A stretch of DNA of 62,837 nt, the filler included, from Choristocarpus tenellus KU-1152 (taxonomy: Eukaryota; Protista; Phaeophyceae): assembly GCA_964200185.2 (NCBI GenBank). It is 9 parts of 9 records of this genome, joined end to end, with 100 filler letters (N's around TTAATTAATTAA, not from the genome) between each part and the next. Parts side by side here need not be neighbours in the genome. Positions count along the whole stretch, not along the records: positions 18,481 to 28,494 come from CAXNAD020003206.1; positions 28,595 to 33,532 come from CAXNAD020012456.1; positions 33,633 to 38,989 come from CAXNAD020011049.1; 6 more parts are not named here. The stretch is one strand, 5' to 3'. This document shows, piece by piece, positions 26,700 through 37,781 of this stretch; positions within the stretch are counted from its first letter, which is position 1, and every line of letters begins with the position of its first letter. Both the position numbers and the translations under genes were made by a program. The notes under the pieces were generated by a model, which did not search any database, had not been told where the DNA came from, and saw only the letters and a program-made list of their open reading frames with translations.

Positions 26700-28170
26700 G
26701 CTGCATTGTCACAACTGATTCCTCTAGTCTATCCCCCCACTACTGCTGCCTGTCCCCAAAGCCCCAAAGTCAACCCTCCCTTCACCACTGCCCCACCACT
26801 TCCCAATATAATCCCAGCACCACTGATATTCTGGCCCAGCCCCACTGCCAGCAGTTACTGATACCATTTCCGACAGAACTCTGCCTCAACATTATCACCA
26901 CCCTTCTGAAAGGTTCTCCAAGCTTGCCTAGCAGTCTTAAGCATTTGCAGTAGCCTTTTCTGCCATTATGTCTATGTGTCTCATGTCTCTAGTCGCATCA
27001 TCCAATGTGGATACAAGCACACCAATAATGTGGTCATCCATCATACTTTTGCTTGACTCTGCTTCCAAGTTCAAGTCCTCCTCAGCAGTCCTCCGTAACT
27101 GCTGTCGGCTCCTCGATCCTGGAGTTGCTACTAGCCCGGACCCCCTCATTGCCTCCACACCCTCCATTGAAGAGGACTCCACTGACCCCCCATCCTTGCT
27201 TAAGTCTCATGAGGACGTGGACCGTTCTTGTGCGGGTCCCTCTTTCACACTCACGTCAAGTCTTGGAGTACATCATCGGATGGGGGCCCATACAATGCAA
27301 ACAGGAGGCGATATGGAAGGACCCAACCATGTAGCATTTTTTTTGGAGAGGGGGGAATAGGGGAAACCTGGGGCAAAGATCTCACCCCCGATCAAGGAGA
27401 GGGTAGTTCTTGCCTGGGTCTTTCTGGGGTGGCGCTGGCAGGACTGGAGGTGGGACCTCCTGACTCAGACCCCCCCCACTTTTTAGCCTCAGTCACCGCT
27501 GGAGATTCGCCTTCGTCCTCCCCCTCCCCGACAAGGTCGACGGTACTCCCAGTAATCCTCGATTTCTCCAGTTCCTCCCGCATCAGGTCGCACACCTTCT
27601 CCAGGCAGTTCGTCTACTGCTCCTCAGACCGCAACTTTCCTCCGGGAACAAGACTGGGGAGCAATAAAAGTGTTGGATGTGTGTATGTTAAGATGCTCCC
27701 CATTGAGTATTGTGATTACGATTTCAGGTGTGTAACCTATGAAAGTGAAGTTCAATTCACCAGGAACTCAAGCAACATCTACCAACCGTACTCACGTCAG
27801 TCAGAGGGAGATGTACATGTTGGTGACAATCTTCTGCGCCTTAGTCCACCTGGATCATATCGAAGTGTTCGAACATAGGAATGTCTTTGGAATGGTCTTC
27901 TTCCCAGTTCCCAATGTTGTCTGCACCAACACTTCCTTCGTAAGAGTTGGGGGGGGTCAAGTCTGGGACTTCATCTCCTAACCACTTCAAGAATCCAGGG
28001 ACCACCACATTCATGTATGGTTGCGTTATCAAGGCGTGCCTCGTATTCCGTAAAACTGTGCTTCTGCATTCCTTCAGGGACCTTGCCGCATAGGCGATGG
28101 GAACGGCTTCAAATGACCAGCAGTCATTTTTGAACCACACATGTTCTTCAGTCTCCTGAGTACCCATGAC
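26700..28170 (-). pseudogene. Probable Harbinger accessory (ORF2) gene, decayed and convergent with the transposase
   Basis: Chain of broken ORFs (28167-27841, 27595-27392, 27182-26937) with an acidic/Ser-rich middle and a helical C-terminal part; position and orientation fit the two-gene PIF/Harbinger layout (inference, no Myb motif confirmed). Confidence 0.5.
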
Positions 28171-28594
28171 ACTACAGCATTCAACTCGAAGCCTATGCCC
28201 GTAACCGCATTGTCACAAGCCATGATTCAGTGTTCCAAGAATCTTGTATCGGAATTGGCTCTCCAGCGTTAGGCGTTATGGTGATACTGGGAGATCTTGT
28301 ACACTACATAGCGTCGGCATAATCGAAATGATATGTAGTATAACTTGCAACAACTGTAGATATGTGGTTCTCTTTTTCCTGTTCAGATTTTCAGTGAAAA
28401 GCAAAACCAAACAGAAAAAAACCCTGTGCGTACAGTAGGTACCTCGATTTTGTTCACCCATGGGCATGCCCGAAAAAAGCGGTACAGAATTGATNNNNNN
28501 NNNNNNNNNNNNNNNNNNNNNNNNNNNNNNNNNNNNNNTTAATTAATTAANNNNNNNNNNNNNNNNNNNNNNNNNNNNNNNNNNNNNNNNNNNN

Positions 28595-28627
28595 TGAAAA
28601 TGCGCAACAAAAAGGCGTTCCGGCCCC

Positions 28628-28667
<40 letters not shown>

Positions 28668-28682
28668 TAGATACTTTGACCC
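28595..28682 (+). mobile_element. MITE family B-like terminus at contig start
   Basis: Poly-C then TAGATACTTTGACCC. Confidence 0.6.
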
Positions 28683-29748
28683 AGCTGCCTATTCGAAGGA
28701 CCTACTCAAAACCTCCTCCCACATCCACCAAGAGTGGGAGACTGCCTGCCACAGGTCCCCAACCACGTTCTGGATTCCACTACCAATATGATCCTCACTA
28801 GGCATGTGGCGGTGGAGGACTGCATCACATAGACATATCCTCTACCATCATGTGAGTCGTTTGGTTGGTGAGCTGTGTAGATTTCCCGGCACTTACTGCA
28901 GCACAATATCCTTCCTAATCCTTACATCCATGTACCCTTGTTAGAAATCTTTACCTACAAACTAACAACGTTCATCTACTGCTACAGAAACACGCTTCTC
29001 CAACACACACTTTACTTGTTCGAATATTTAGTGCTGTTTGTTCTTGTTGCTGGGTGGTGAGTGGCTGTTGTTCTTGTCCTCATGTTGTGTGGGCACAGCC
29101 AACTTCGAGTATTTTCGACCAGTGCATCCTTTCAGCATTACCATCATCACTCGGTACAATTACAACTAATGCAACTACTACTATTACCACTACTGCACGC
29201 ACCTGTTCATTTATCTTGTGAGACGCGTGATGATGATGTGTAGAAAGCGTCAATATCAAACGTTGTCATAATAATTGTTGATCCTAGACCTGACGTCTCC
29301 TCCTCTTTCGTTCCTCCAACACCACTCACTCTACCTATTTTTTGTCCTCCTTATCGCTGTTAATACTGTAGTTTTTGTAACCTTTCCTGCCGTTCCGTTG
29401 TTGTTTCAAACCGTACTACTAGTAGACACATTAGTACAAATCATAATTTTGGTACAGAAAACAACAAAAGTTGACACATAAAGCATGGAGCCATGATAAA
29501 ACAACAGGCACTATCATCGTCACTGGGTGAGGAAAATACGACACGCCTTAAAATTCTGACAGAGTGCTACACACACACACACTACTACTAGGCGCGAGAT
29601 TAGACCTGATTTCAACAAACGACAAACTAAAGTATGCAGGAGAAATTCCATTTCAGTTCCGTCTCGCAGAACTCAGCGACCAAAAAATCGATTTCTAGGA
29701 AATGTTACTCTGGGTTTCAATGAGACTCTGGAACAAAATGATCCTGTC

Positions 29749-29782
<34 letters not shown>

Positions 29783-30253
29783 GTATGTTTCCTACATGTA
29801 TGCGGTATAGCACACCCATGATGTCCTGCGAGGCCAGCTCCTGTATGTAGCTTGAATTAACGAAGCATTGACAATGTATATGCCAAGCTAATATTGTTCT
29901 ATGATGGCCATATATTGTAAGTATATCACTACCCAAGATATCGACATCTGAGGATGTAGTTTCGTACTCCACAAATTGTCGCATGGCAGCCAAGCTCCCC
30001 AGTCTTGTGCTTGCACTCCTCCAGGTCGTAACCTGTGGAAGGTGGACCATGAAAAGGGGTGGGGTAAATAGGTAGGGAAGTATGCACAGGTTGGAGGAGG
30101 TCGGTTGTTCATGTGATGCCATCATGGCAAATTGTTGTCATCCCAAACGTATTTCAAATGGAAAATTGTATGTACCTGTTGCATATATTGATTTTGAATT
30201 TACTACTGTATGTTTCATTTCATAATCATTGAAGTACTATGAGGTACAAATCC

Positions 30254-32420
30254 TCAAGGGATCGGGAAATATTTCATGCCTATACTTGATAGGATATAGA
30301 CACTACCCATAGCGTTAAATGCCATCTTCCATGGCCTTAGCCCAGTCTCAAGCCCAGTACCGTAACACAATCCCAATGTCTGGGCATGGTTTGCCCCAGC
30401 ACTGCCACCTTCATTACCCTTCCATCCAATATCCCTAGCATTCCCAGAAGCACGAAGACTAATGTGCTTTGCAGGGAAGCATCGCTGAACTACCTGCCAC
30501 CCCCCAATCTCTCTGACACCAATCAAATTGCTCGGCGCCTTGGTTACAGAACAAACGGATGTGTAAGCAACAAACCTGAGTCAAATTATCTTAGAGGGTA
30601 GATCCGCGTCCATTTGGGGGCCAAAATCTAATGTTGCGATTTTGATGTAGTTTTTGCTATTGTACTTGTTAGGAAGTGTCAATATCCTTGTTCCAGACAC
30701 ACATTTTGATGACGTATATATACAACCTACTCTGAAACGTTTCGGGGTAGGTAAAATGTAATAAAATACCCGTGGGAAGCCAAGCCCCAAATGGACAAAC
30801 AGGGCAAAACTCGTACCCTCTAAGATACTTTCACCCACCTGAGCTCCCATCCTGGAGGCAGATCCATGGCCAGTTTTCCCACTTCGACAAAACTTAATCC
30901 AGAGTGTATATGTTCAAATTGCTTGTCACAACCTCCACAGCCAGTGACGAAAACATGGGACATATTCCAGTCGTTATGTAGAGCACAGGGGTTCAGAGCA
31001 CGACTTCTGCCAGTGGTATCCTTAGCAGTATTGGTCCCAGAGGTTTTGATAGAGGACGCAGCACAAGCGGCAGATGTGCTGGGGACCAGACAGGCAGATG
31101 ACGGAGTTAAGCATTGCGGAGGGAGATCACCGTGCACATTGGAGTGATGTAGGCCTTCTACCATAAAGTCGCGTTTCTTGTCTGGTAAGAGAATCATGCA
31201 GACGGCCTCATTGGGATTGATTCTCATGATATGGTCACAGCGAGCCTCTATCGACATATCTGCGAGGTTGTGCGCCCATTCTGTGTCAGTCAACTATTGA
31301 CATTTTGCAGTGAATATGGCAGAAGCACAGGTAGGGCAGGGGGGGAAACAAAATGACAGGTTGAAGAGAGAGGGTTCACTTCACCATTTGACCGATCTAC
31401 AAACTTTATGCTTGTCCTTTGGTAACTTATTTTAGGAAGGGCTTTTTTACAGACATCAATAGCTGAACTGCAGATAGTTTCCTTTATTATCTTGAAAATG
31501 TTCTCTTGAAAATTGTTGTTTTACATGCTCTCTAGTGCTATACGTTTCTAATTGGTGACTTCTTGGCATATAACGGAAGGAGTTCCTCAAGCACAATAAG
31601 AACCTTCAATGGTCCTGAAGACTTATGCCTTCTCTCTAAAGAACAGAAGTAATAGTTAGAACAGTTTTATTACCATACATTTTAAAGCAAAATGGTTGTG
31701 CTACAATACTGTATGTACCTATGTATTCGATTCAATCTATAACTGTGTTACTGAGCACTTTAATGAGGTCGTGTCTATATTTAAACCGGATCAAATTTCT
31801 CATCCGACTTCTGTAGGAAGAAATTTAGATAGATGTGTCATGACGAAACACTAGGATAGGTTCAGAGGAGGAGGGGCAGGCCTGGGCACACCAAGATGTC
31901 ATTGCCTTCCAAGATTTAAATAAATAGCTTAAATTAGGACTAAGGCAGGAGTTGAACATGAAGTTTCTTGTACAACACAACGTGAAGGAATGTTCAGACT
32001 TACTCCATGCTTCCCTACCTTGAAGTCAGCTGGGAGCTCAAGTTCTCCAAGAGCCTCCAGGTCCTTTAGAATTGATTTTATGGGATTCTTCAAAATAGTC
32101 TCTTGGACTTCCTTTACGAATCCCACATCCCCTCCTTCAATACCTTGACCTCCTCCTGAATAATCCATGCCGCCGCTTGAATCCATCAGGATAGCTTCCC
32201 CTCCATATCTCCGCTAACATCTCCGCCGATATCACCACCACTAAAATCTACAGCATCTGGGAAGTTGTTTCCACCAGACAACGCTCCTCCCATCTCAAGG
32301 AGCAACGACAAGAAGAGATCAAAATCTGCACCAGCATCCTTCGGGTTTTCAGCAACCTTTACCACCAGTGCGATGTTGCTATGACCAGTGAAGGTGTCCT
32401 TGGAGGAATTATTCTCTGCT
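30254..32420 (-). pseudogene. Orphan multi-exon gene disrupted by a MITE and a frameshift (possibly TE-borne)
   Basis: ORFs 31293-30837 and 30573-30254 fuse in frame (258 aa) when MITE 30578-30836 and one TSD are removed; polypyrimidine-AG acceptor precedes 31293; upstream exon ~32417-32019 (...KEVQETILKNPIKSILKDLEALGELELPADFK|gtaggg) has a 1-nt shift in a G run. Confidence 0.55.
30578..30836 (+). mobile_element. MITE family A, full copy
   Basis: TIRs; 4-bp TSD ACCT (30574-77, 30837-40), supported by reading-frame restoration. Confidence 0.92.
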
Positions 32421-33223
32421 CGAATAAGGAGGATAAGTATAAATGGGGTGTGGAATGAGCAGGAGGTCGGATGGGTTGTCGGTAGCTGCCTCTAAATTAA
32501 TAATGATGTCGAAAATAACTTTTTTTCAAAGAGCTTCTCGCGTGTATATTGCGTATCACCTCACATCCCCGACAAACACACACACACAACAACAACAACA
32601 ACAACAAACATTCACTTTTCTCTTGAGTATAATTGTTGTTTGTAATGTAATACATCGTTGGAGCTGCGGTTTTCTTAGCAGCTGTTATTGTTGAAGGCAA
32701 TGGACAAGATACACTCAGCCTCCTGCCGCATCTCACCACCTTAGCAGGAATGCAGCGTAGTCTATCGTTGATTGGAACATACCACAACGATACTACTACA
32801 GTAGAAGGTCACAGACGATACTCCAATTTGGCTAGACGTTGAGACCGTTTCATGATATCAGTCAATACATGCATTGAGAAGATAAGCCTGATATTGTACT
32901 ACTCCAATGTGACCCTATTCGGTAAGATGCAGAAGACGCATATATACCCACATATATTCCAGTGATATATGTATTTTGATCAAGGTTAGGAATCTACTAT
33001 AAAATACTCGAGTACTAGGAATCTCACTTTCAGTTGGGGAAACTTAGGCGTGGAGGCGCGAAGAGGTCGATCGTACAGACACCTGCTTGGAATGGCAAAT
33101 TTGTTTGCCTCCACGATACAGGAAATGAATTAGACATATGCGTTGTGTAGGAACTCGAACACTTACACCCCCACTTACCTGTGATTACAATGTCTACAAC
33201 CGCACCACCAGCAATGTAGCCCA

Positions 33224-33532
33224 TGTTAAAACATAGGCTACTCATTTGTCTCTTGTTGATATGATACACATACTACCAGCTTGTACTGACTGTTGATTGG
33301 TGCACTGCACTGGTTGTTAGTGTTCATTTATTTATTGCGCATTCCTACTCATCATCACATCGATGACAGTAGATAGAGGCATAGCATCAGTTGATATTCA
33401 GTTGATCCACATCACACACAGGAACATCATAGCACACGTCATCCAAGTTACTTCGGAACTTGCATCAAGTGCGTTCCACTGTTACCTTGTGTTCCTCTTT
33501 CTACTTTGTTGTTGTTGCCATCTCTGTTCTTC
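33224..33532. mobile_element. LTR fragment, same family as 18481-18809
   Basis: Begins TGTTAAAACATAGG; reverse complement of 18503-18809. Confidence 0.75.
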
Positions 33533-33632
33533 NNNNNNNNNNNNNNNNNNNNNNNNNNNNNNNNNNNNNNNNNNNNTTAATTAATTAANNNNNNNNNNNN
33601 NNNNNNNNNNNNNNNNNNNNNNNNNNNNNNNN

Positions 33633-33772
33633 ACACACCTTTTCATAACATAAACGTTTTACCTACTCCTAAACATTTTGGAATAGGAAAAAGTCATAAA
33701 AACACACGTGGGAAACCAAGCCCCAAATGAACAAACAGAGCAAAATTTGTACCCTCTAAGATACTTTCACTC
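33633..33772 (+). mobile_element. MITE family A, partial copy at contig start
   Basis: Ends TACCCTCTAAGATACTTTCACTC. Confidence 0.85.
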
Positions 33773-34067
33773 CGGTAGAGCAAGAGATTTGAGAAGGCGA
33801 AGTTCGTGCGCTGTGTACGTTTACATTTCACTTCTATTCTTTTAGTATTTGGGGGGCACTGTTCTTCCCAGAATATATTTTTTTTCAAAACACGATACAC
33901 TGATAGGGTGTTGGCATATTATGTGCTTTTCAGGACACCATTACATTAGTGTCCAACTTTCGATCTCAAATCGTGTGTTTGAAGTTCTCAGTGGTGCTGA
34001 TTTATGGTCGCAAATTCTTTGAATTCACAACACCATTCCGTAAATTTATACGTATTATTCTCCCTCT

Positions 34068-34864
34068 GATATCATTAGCATCTCAGCGTCAAACAAGCTT
34101 GGGCAAGACCTGACATGGGAATTCTTCCAGGAGAACTTTGAGCACAATAAGGGTATGTTGTCGAAGGCCATCCCAGCCCTGTTTGGTCTGGTGATCGCCC
34201 ATTCCTGTGGATCCTTCACAACCGAAGAGAAGATGGAGGAGGTACATCATCACAGAGCTTGTCGTCTGCCCTCAAAACGCCAGTTGTGTTCTGGGCTCTT
34301 ACCCAATGGCTGTGGATGGCCTATTATATCCCCTTTTGGTGTGTAATGTGCGATATATGTATGTTCTGTGTCCATAACATTCAAGACTGAGAAATGGTTT
34401 AAACTAAGATTCTTGACTAAAGAGTAGGGCAAGAGACTCATGTTTTCAAGTGGTAAAAAAAGTTATGTATTGATAGTTTCGTCCATGTTTTCACCAAAGT
34501 ACACTTGATATTTCCAGGGTATCATTTGTGCACCCTCACAGGAAAACCTAGTCGTTGTGCAGTTGTAGGATGACTGATGGATTTCAAGTCAATGTGAACC
34601 CTGTCTGAGTTGTCATGTACTATCTAGAAGGCCCCAACATGTCCATGCGCTCTCATCATCCTCAACGTTTTCCCTTGTGTTTACAGAGCCCTTGCCCGCA
34701 CTCATTTGCAGGTGAGGGTGTTCTTCGAATCACACCCCGTCCCAAACAATGCCTGGAAGGTATCTAACATTCTTGAGAATATGCAGATCAATGTGAACTT
34801 CTTCAAGAGAATTGCTGCATCCACGCTGGCTGATTCTTCTTTCTGGGATGAGTTAACTCTCTAA
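34068..34864 (+). CDS. NPEPPS: Puromycin-sensitive / M1 aminopeptidase, last two exons (ERAP1-like C-terminal domain); partial, possibly a decayed copy
   Basis: ~34068-34241 IISISASNKLGQDLTWEFFQENFEHNKGMLSKAIPALFGLVIAHSCGSFTTEEKMEE|gt spliced to 34712-34864 VRVFFESHPVPNNAWKVSNILENMQINVNFFKRIAASTLADSSFWDELTL*; matches the G-x-x-x-x-W-x-F-F-x-E-N-F and EEV-x-x-FF-x-x-x-P motifs. Acceptor of the first exon is unclear. Confidence 0.78.
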
Positions 34865-37006
34865 CAAATTTGATAGACTGGGTGACTCCTTCGATGTTTG
34901 ATCCTTGAGTCATGATATCCTGTCACTTGGGTCAACGGGCATTGTCATTGGCAATCGCATTAGTAGGGTGGGTACTCTTGTTGGCTAAACTTTGCTCTGA
35001 CTGGTCATTTTGATTCCAAGCGCAATACATGGGGAGAACACTGGTTTATTCCGTGGTAGCTTGGTGATGTGAGGCAGAGGCGAGGTGAGGTGGCGTGTCT
35101 TTTCAGGCTGAACTTGAAACGGTCCAGGGTAGGCAATGGGACATGAGGGGTGTCAAATCGACTTCAGAATGCCCTCAGGTGTCTTCACAAAGTCATCGGC
35201 ATTGATGACTTGCATATAGCTTGTGGATGCCTGACCAAACCACAGTCGAAGGCGACACTTCACAGCCGAGGTAGGAGAGGAGTGTGTGTCACCTACTATT
35301 GCAGAGGCCTAGGAATAGGTCGGTCCGCTTATGAGCCCAACCAATTGAGAGGTAGGCAGGTTTGAACCCTTTTGCATTCTATGCTATCTTTCTTGCCCTA
35401 TGTAGTACACTCTAGTTCATTCTTGATGTTCACAATAATATATGTAAAGTTGATGTTCTCACTTTCCACATAATGTGACACCAAGATTAAGCAAAGGCTC
35501 ATTCTACAGTTGTGAAAAATAGTGTCTTTTTGCCCATTCTCGGTGTCCTCAAGATGCAACCCTGCCTACCACTCAATTGGTTTCGCTCTTATTTTAGAGC
35601 CTGCTTGTATCCACATACTTACCTGGCCACACATGGATATGGTGAAGACCACAATTTTTTCCGCTCATTGAGTCGATTTTTGGCGACATTCTGTCTTTTG
35701 ACAGTGAGAATTGTGATGATTCACTCTTCAAATGTGTCATGTAACTGATGTCCACATGCGTTGTTACGATGAGTGTGGAATATGTACGTATGTGTTTTAT
35801 TGGGCTAATACTCATACACCCTACGCACATAATTTCATAGGTCATTGCCAGCAATCATCTTGGATGAACTCTTTGTTCATACAACAGTATGCTCTAGCTC
35901 TAGACACCGTGCATGTAAGAAATTTTTATTATTATATATATTGCTGTTTATCCGTTGATTTTGTGCAGATGAAAAAGCCTCCTTTGTTAGGGTTAACACA
36001 TCTATTTTTAAAATGATGTGCACCCCAAGTTTTTCGAATAGTCTCCCTCCAACTATAACGGATATCACTAGTAGTATACATCAAGAGTAAAAAAAAAAGA
36101 ATTATTTGTTGGTTGATCCATCTTTGTTCTTGTATACGAACAGATAGATTGGAACTTATTCCATTAAGCGTGGTGTTTTTGGGCTGTATAGTCGCCCTCT
36201 CTGCTTGGGAATAATCACACTCTACAACATTAGGTAACACTCCTGTATTATCTCTTCTATCCAAACATGAGTCAGGGGATACTTTAACACAATATATTGA
36301 AAGCCTAGGTTTCCACCTATGCTTATCATGCCTTAAGAGAAAATATACCGGTCCATGTTAAGGGCCGAACTGAGGCCAACCTTGCTAAAGATCGTTGTCA
36401 ACAACTGTCCTCTACTATGGAGGACCTAAGGCGATACATGAACTGAAGTTAGACCAGGACTGTCTTTTAGAGATAAATATTAATAGAGTCGGTGATAGGG
36501 ATCATCCCGCCGTCCAAGTTGCTGTGCCTAGCACATGGCCACTGGCTGGCTTTGTACCAGCTGAAGTCAGACCTGTTGAACCCACTGTGGGTGAAGGTTT
36601 CCAAAATGGCGACAGTCCGGACAGACCCAGCGTTCAGAGTTATATCAGCCAGAGATCAGATCCACCGTAAGTACAGTACTGTTTATCTGCACTAACTGCC
36701 CCAAGACTGATCAATCAGTAGCGATTGCAGGAGGACCTACTTGCTGATGGGTTTAGTACAAATGAGTTTGGATGGCTGAGGAAGCGTATTTTGCCCTCAC
36801 CATTGCTCTTGTTGCCCCTGCCACAGAGGGTCTGTGCTGCATGCACCTGAGCCCGCCTGAGCCCTAGCGAACGTTTTGCAGCTGTGGACAACTGATTTAT
36901 GGCGAGCACGGTGGGCAACAGTCAAGATTTATTTTGGCAGTTCTTCTCCTTCAGAGGTTGGAGAAGGGGACTAACCCACTCCTCACTCTAAAAGAACCTT
37001 AGTTCT

Positions 37007-37258
37007 GAGTCAAAGTATCTTAGAGGGTAGATCCGCGTCCATTTGGGGGCCACAATCGAACGTTGCGATTTTGATGGCTATCATGTTTGTTAGGAAGTGT
37101 CAATATCCTTGTTCCGGACACACCTTTTCATAACTTATATATTTTTACCTACTCGAAATATTTTGGAGTAGGAAAATGTCATTAAAAAAAGCATGGGAAG
37201 CCAAGCCCCAAATGGACAAACAGGGCAAAACTCGCACCCTCTTAAGATACTTTCACTC
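37007..37258 (+). mobile_element. MITE family A, full copy inside Copia gag
   Basis: 3-bp TSD TCT (37004-06, 37259-61); removal keeps the gag frame. Confidence 0.92.
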
Positions 37259-37507
37259 TCTTACAGAGCAGAATGATGACAATAGGTCTCATCATCTGTG
37301 ACAAAATACTACTTCAGTTTCTGAGTGCACTGGGATCTGATTGTAACGTTGAGGTACGCATGATGGCTTCTTGGAGCTCGTTGTCTCCGGCGGACGTCAG
37401 GAAGACATCCAAGATAGATACACATCAATATTACCAAGAACAAGCAGCGTTCCATCAAAAATCAACAACAGTCATGTTCTCGTGCCTGGAAGTTCAAGGT
37501 ATGAAAC

Positions 37508-37781
37508 GAGTCAGCCTCATCGTAATGACCAAGGCCATGGAGGGGGACGTAAATTTCATTGATTAAAGAAGAAAAATGGTTCTAACTCCAACCCTAAAAA
37601 GTTCGGGAAAGATTCCTTGTGAGAGATGTGGCAAGAGTGGACATGAGGAGGTAGCTTGCCCAAACTGCATTTACAAGGAATCTTCTCTCAACGTTTAGGG
37701 TTGGAATTAGAACCACTATTCTTTACTTCATGAAATTTACGTCCCCCTCCACAGCCTTGGCCATTACAATGAGGCTGACTC
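37508..37781. repeat. ~95-bp inverted duplication inside Copia gag
   Basis: 37508-37603 is the diverged reverse complement of 37690-37781. Confidence 0.85.

Noticed and set aside
35301-35372. tRNA/SINE-like segment with B-box-like GGTTTGAACC and PBS-like TTATGAGCCCA
   Set aside because: No cloverleaf, no second copy and no adjacent LTR end.
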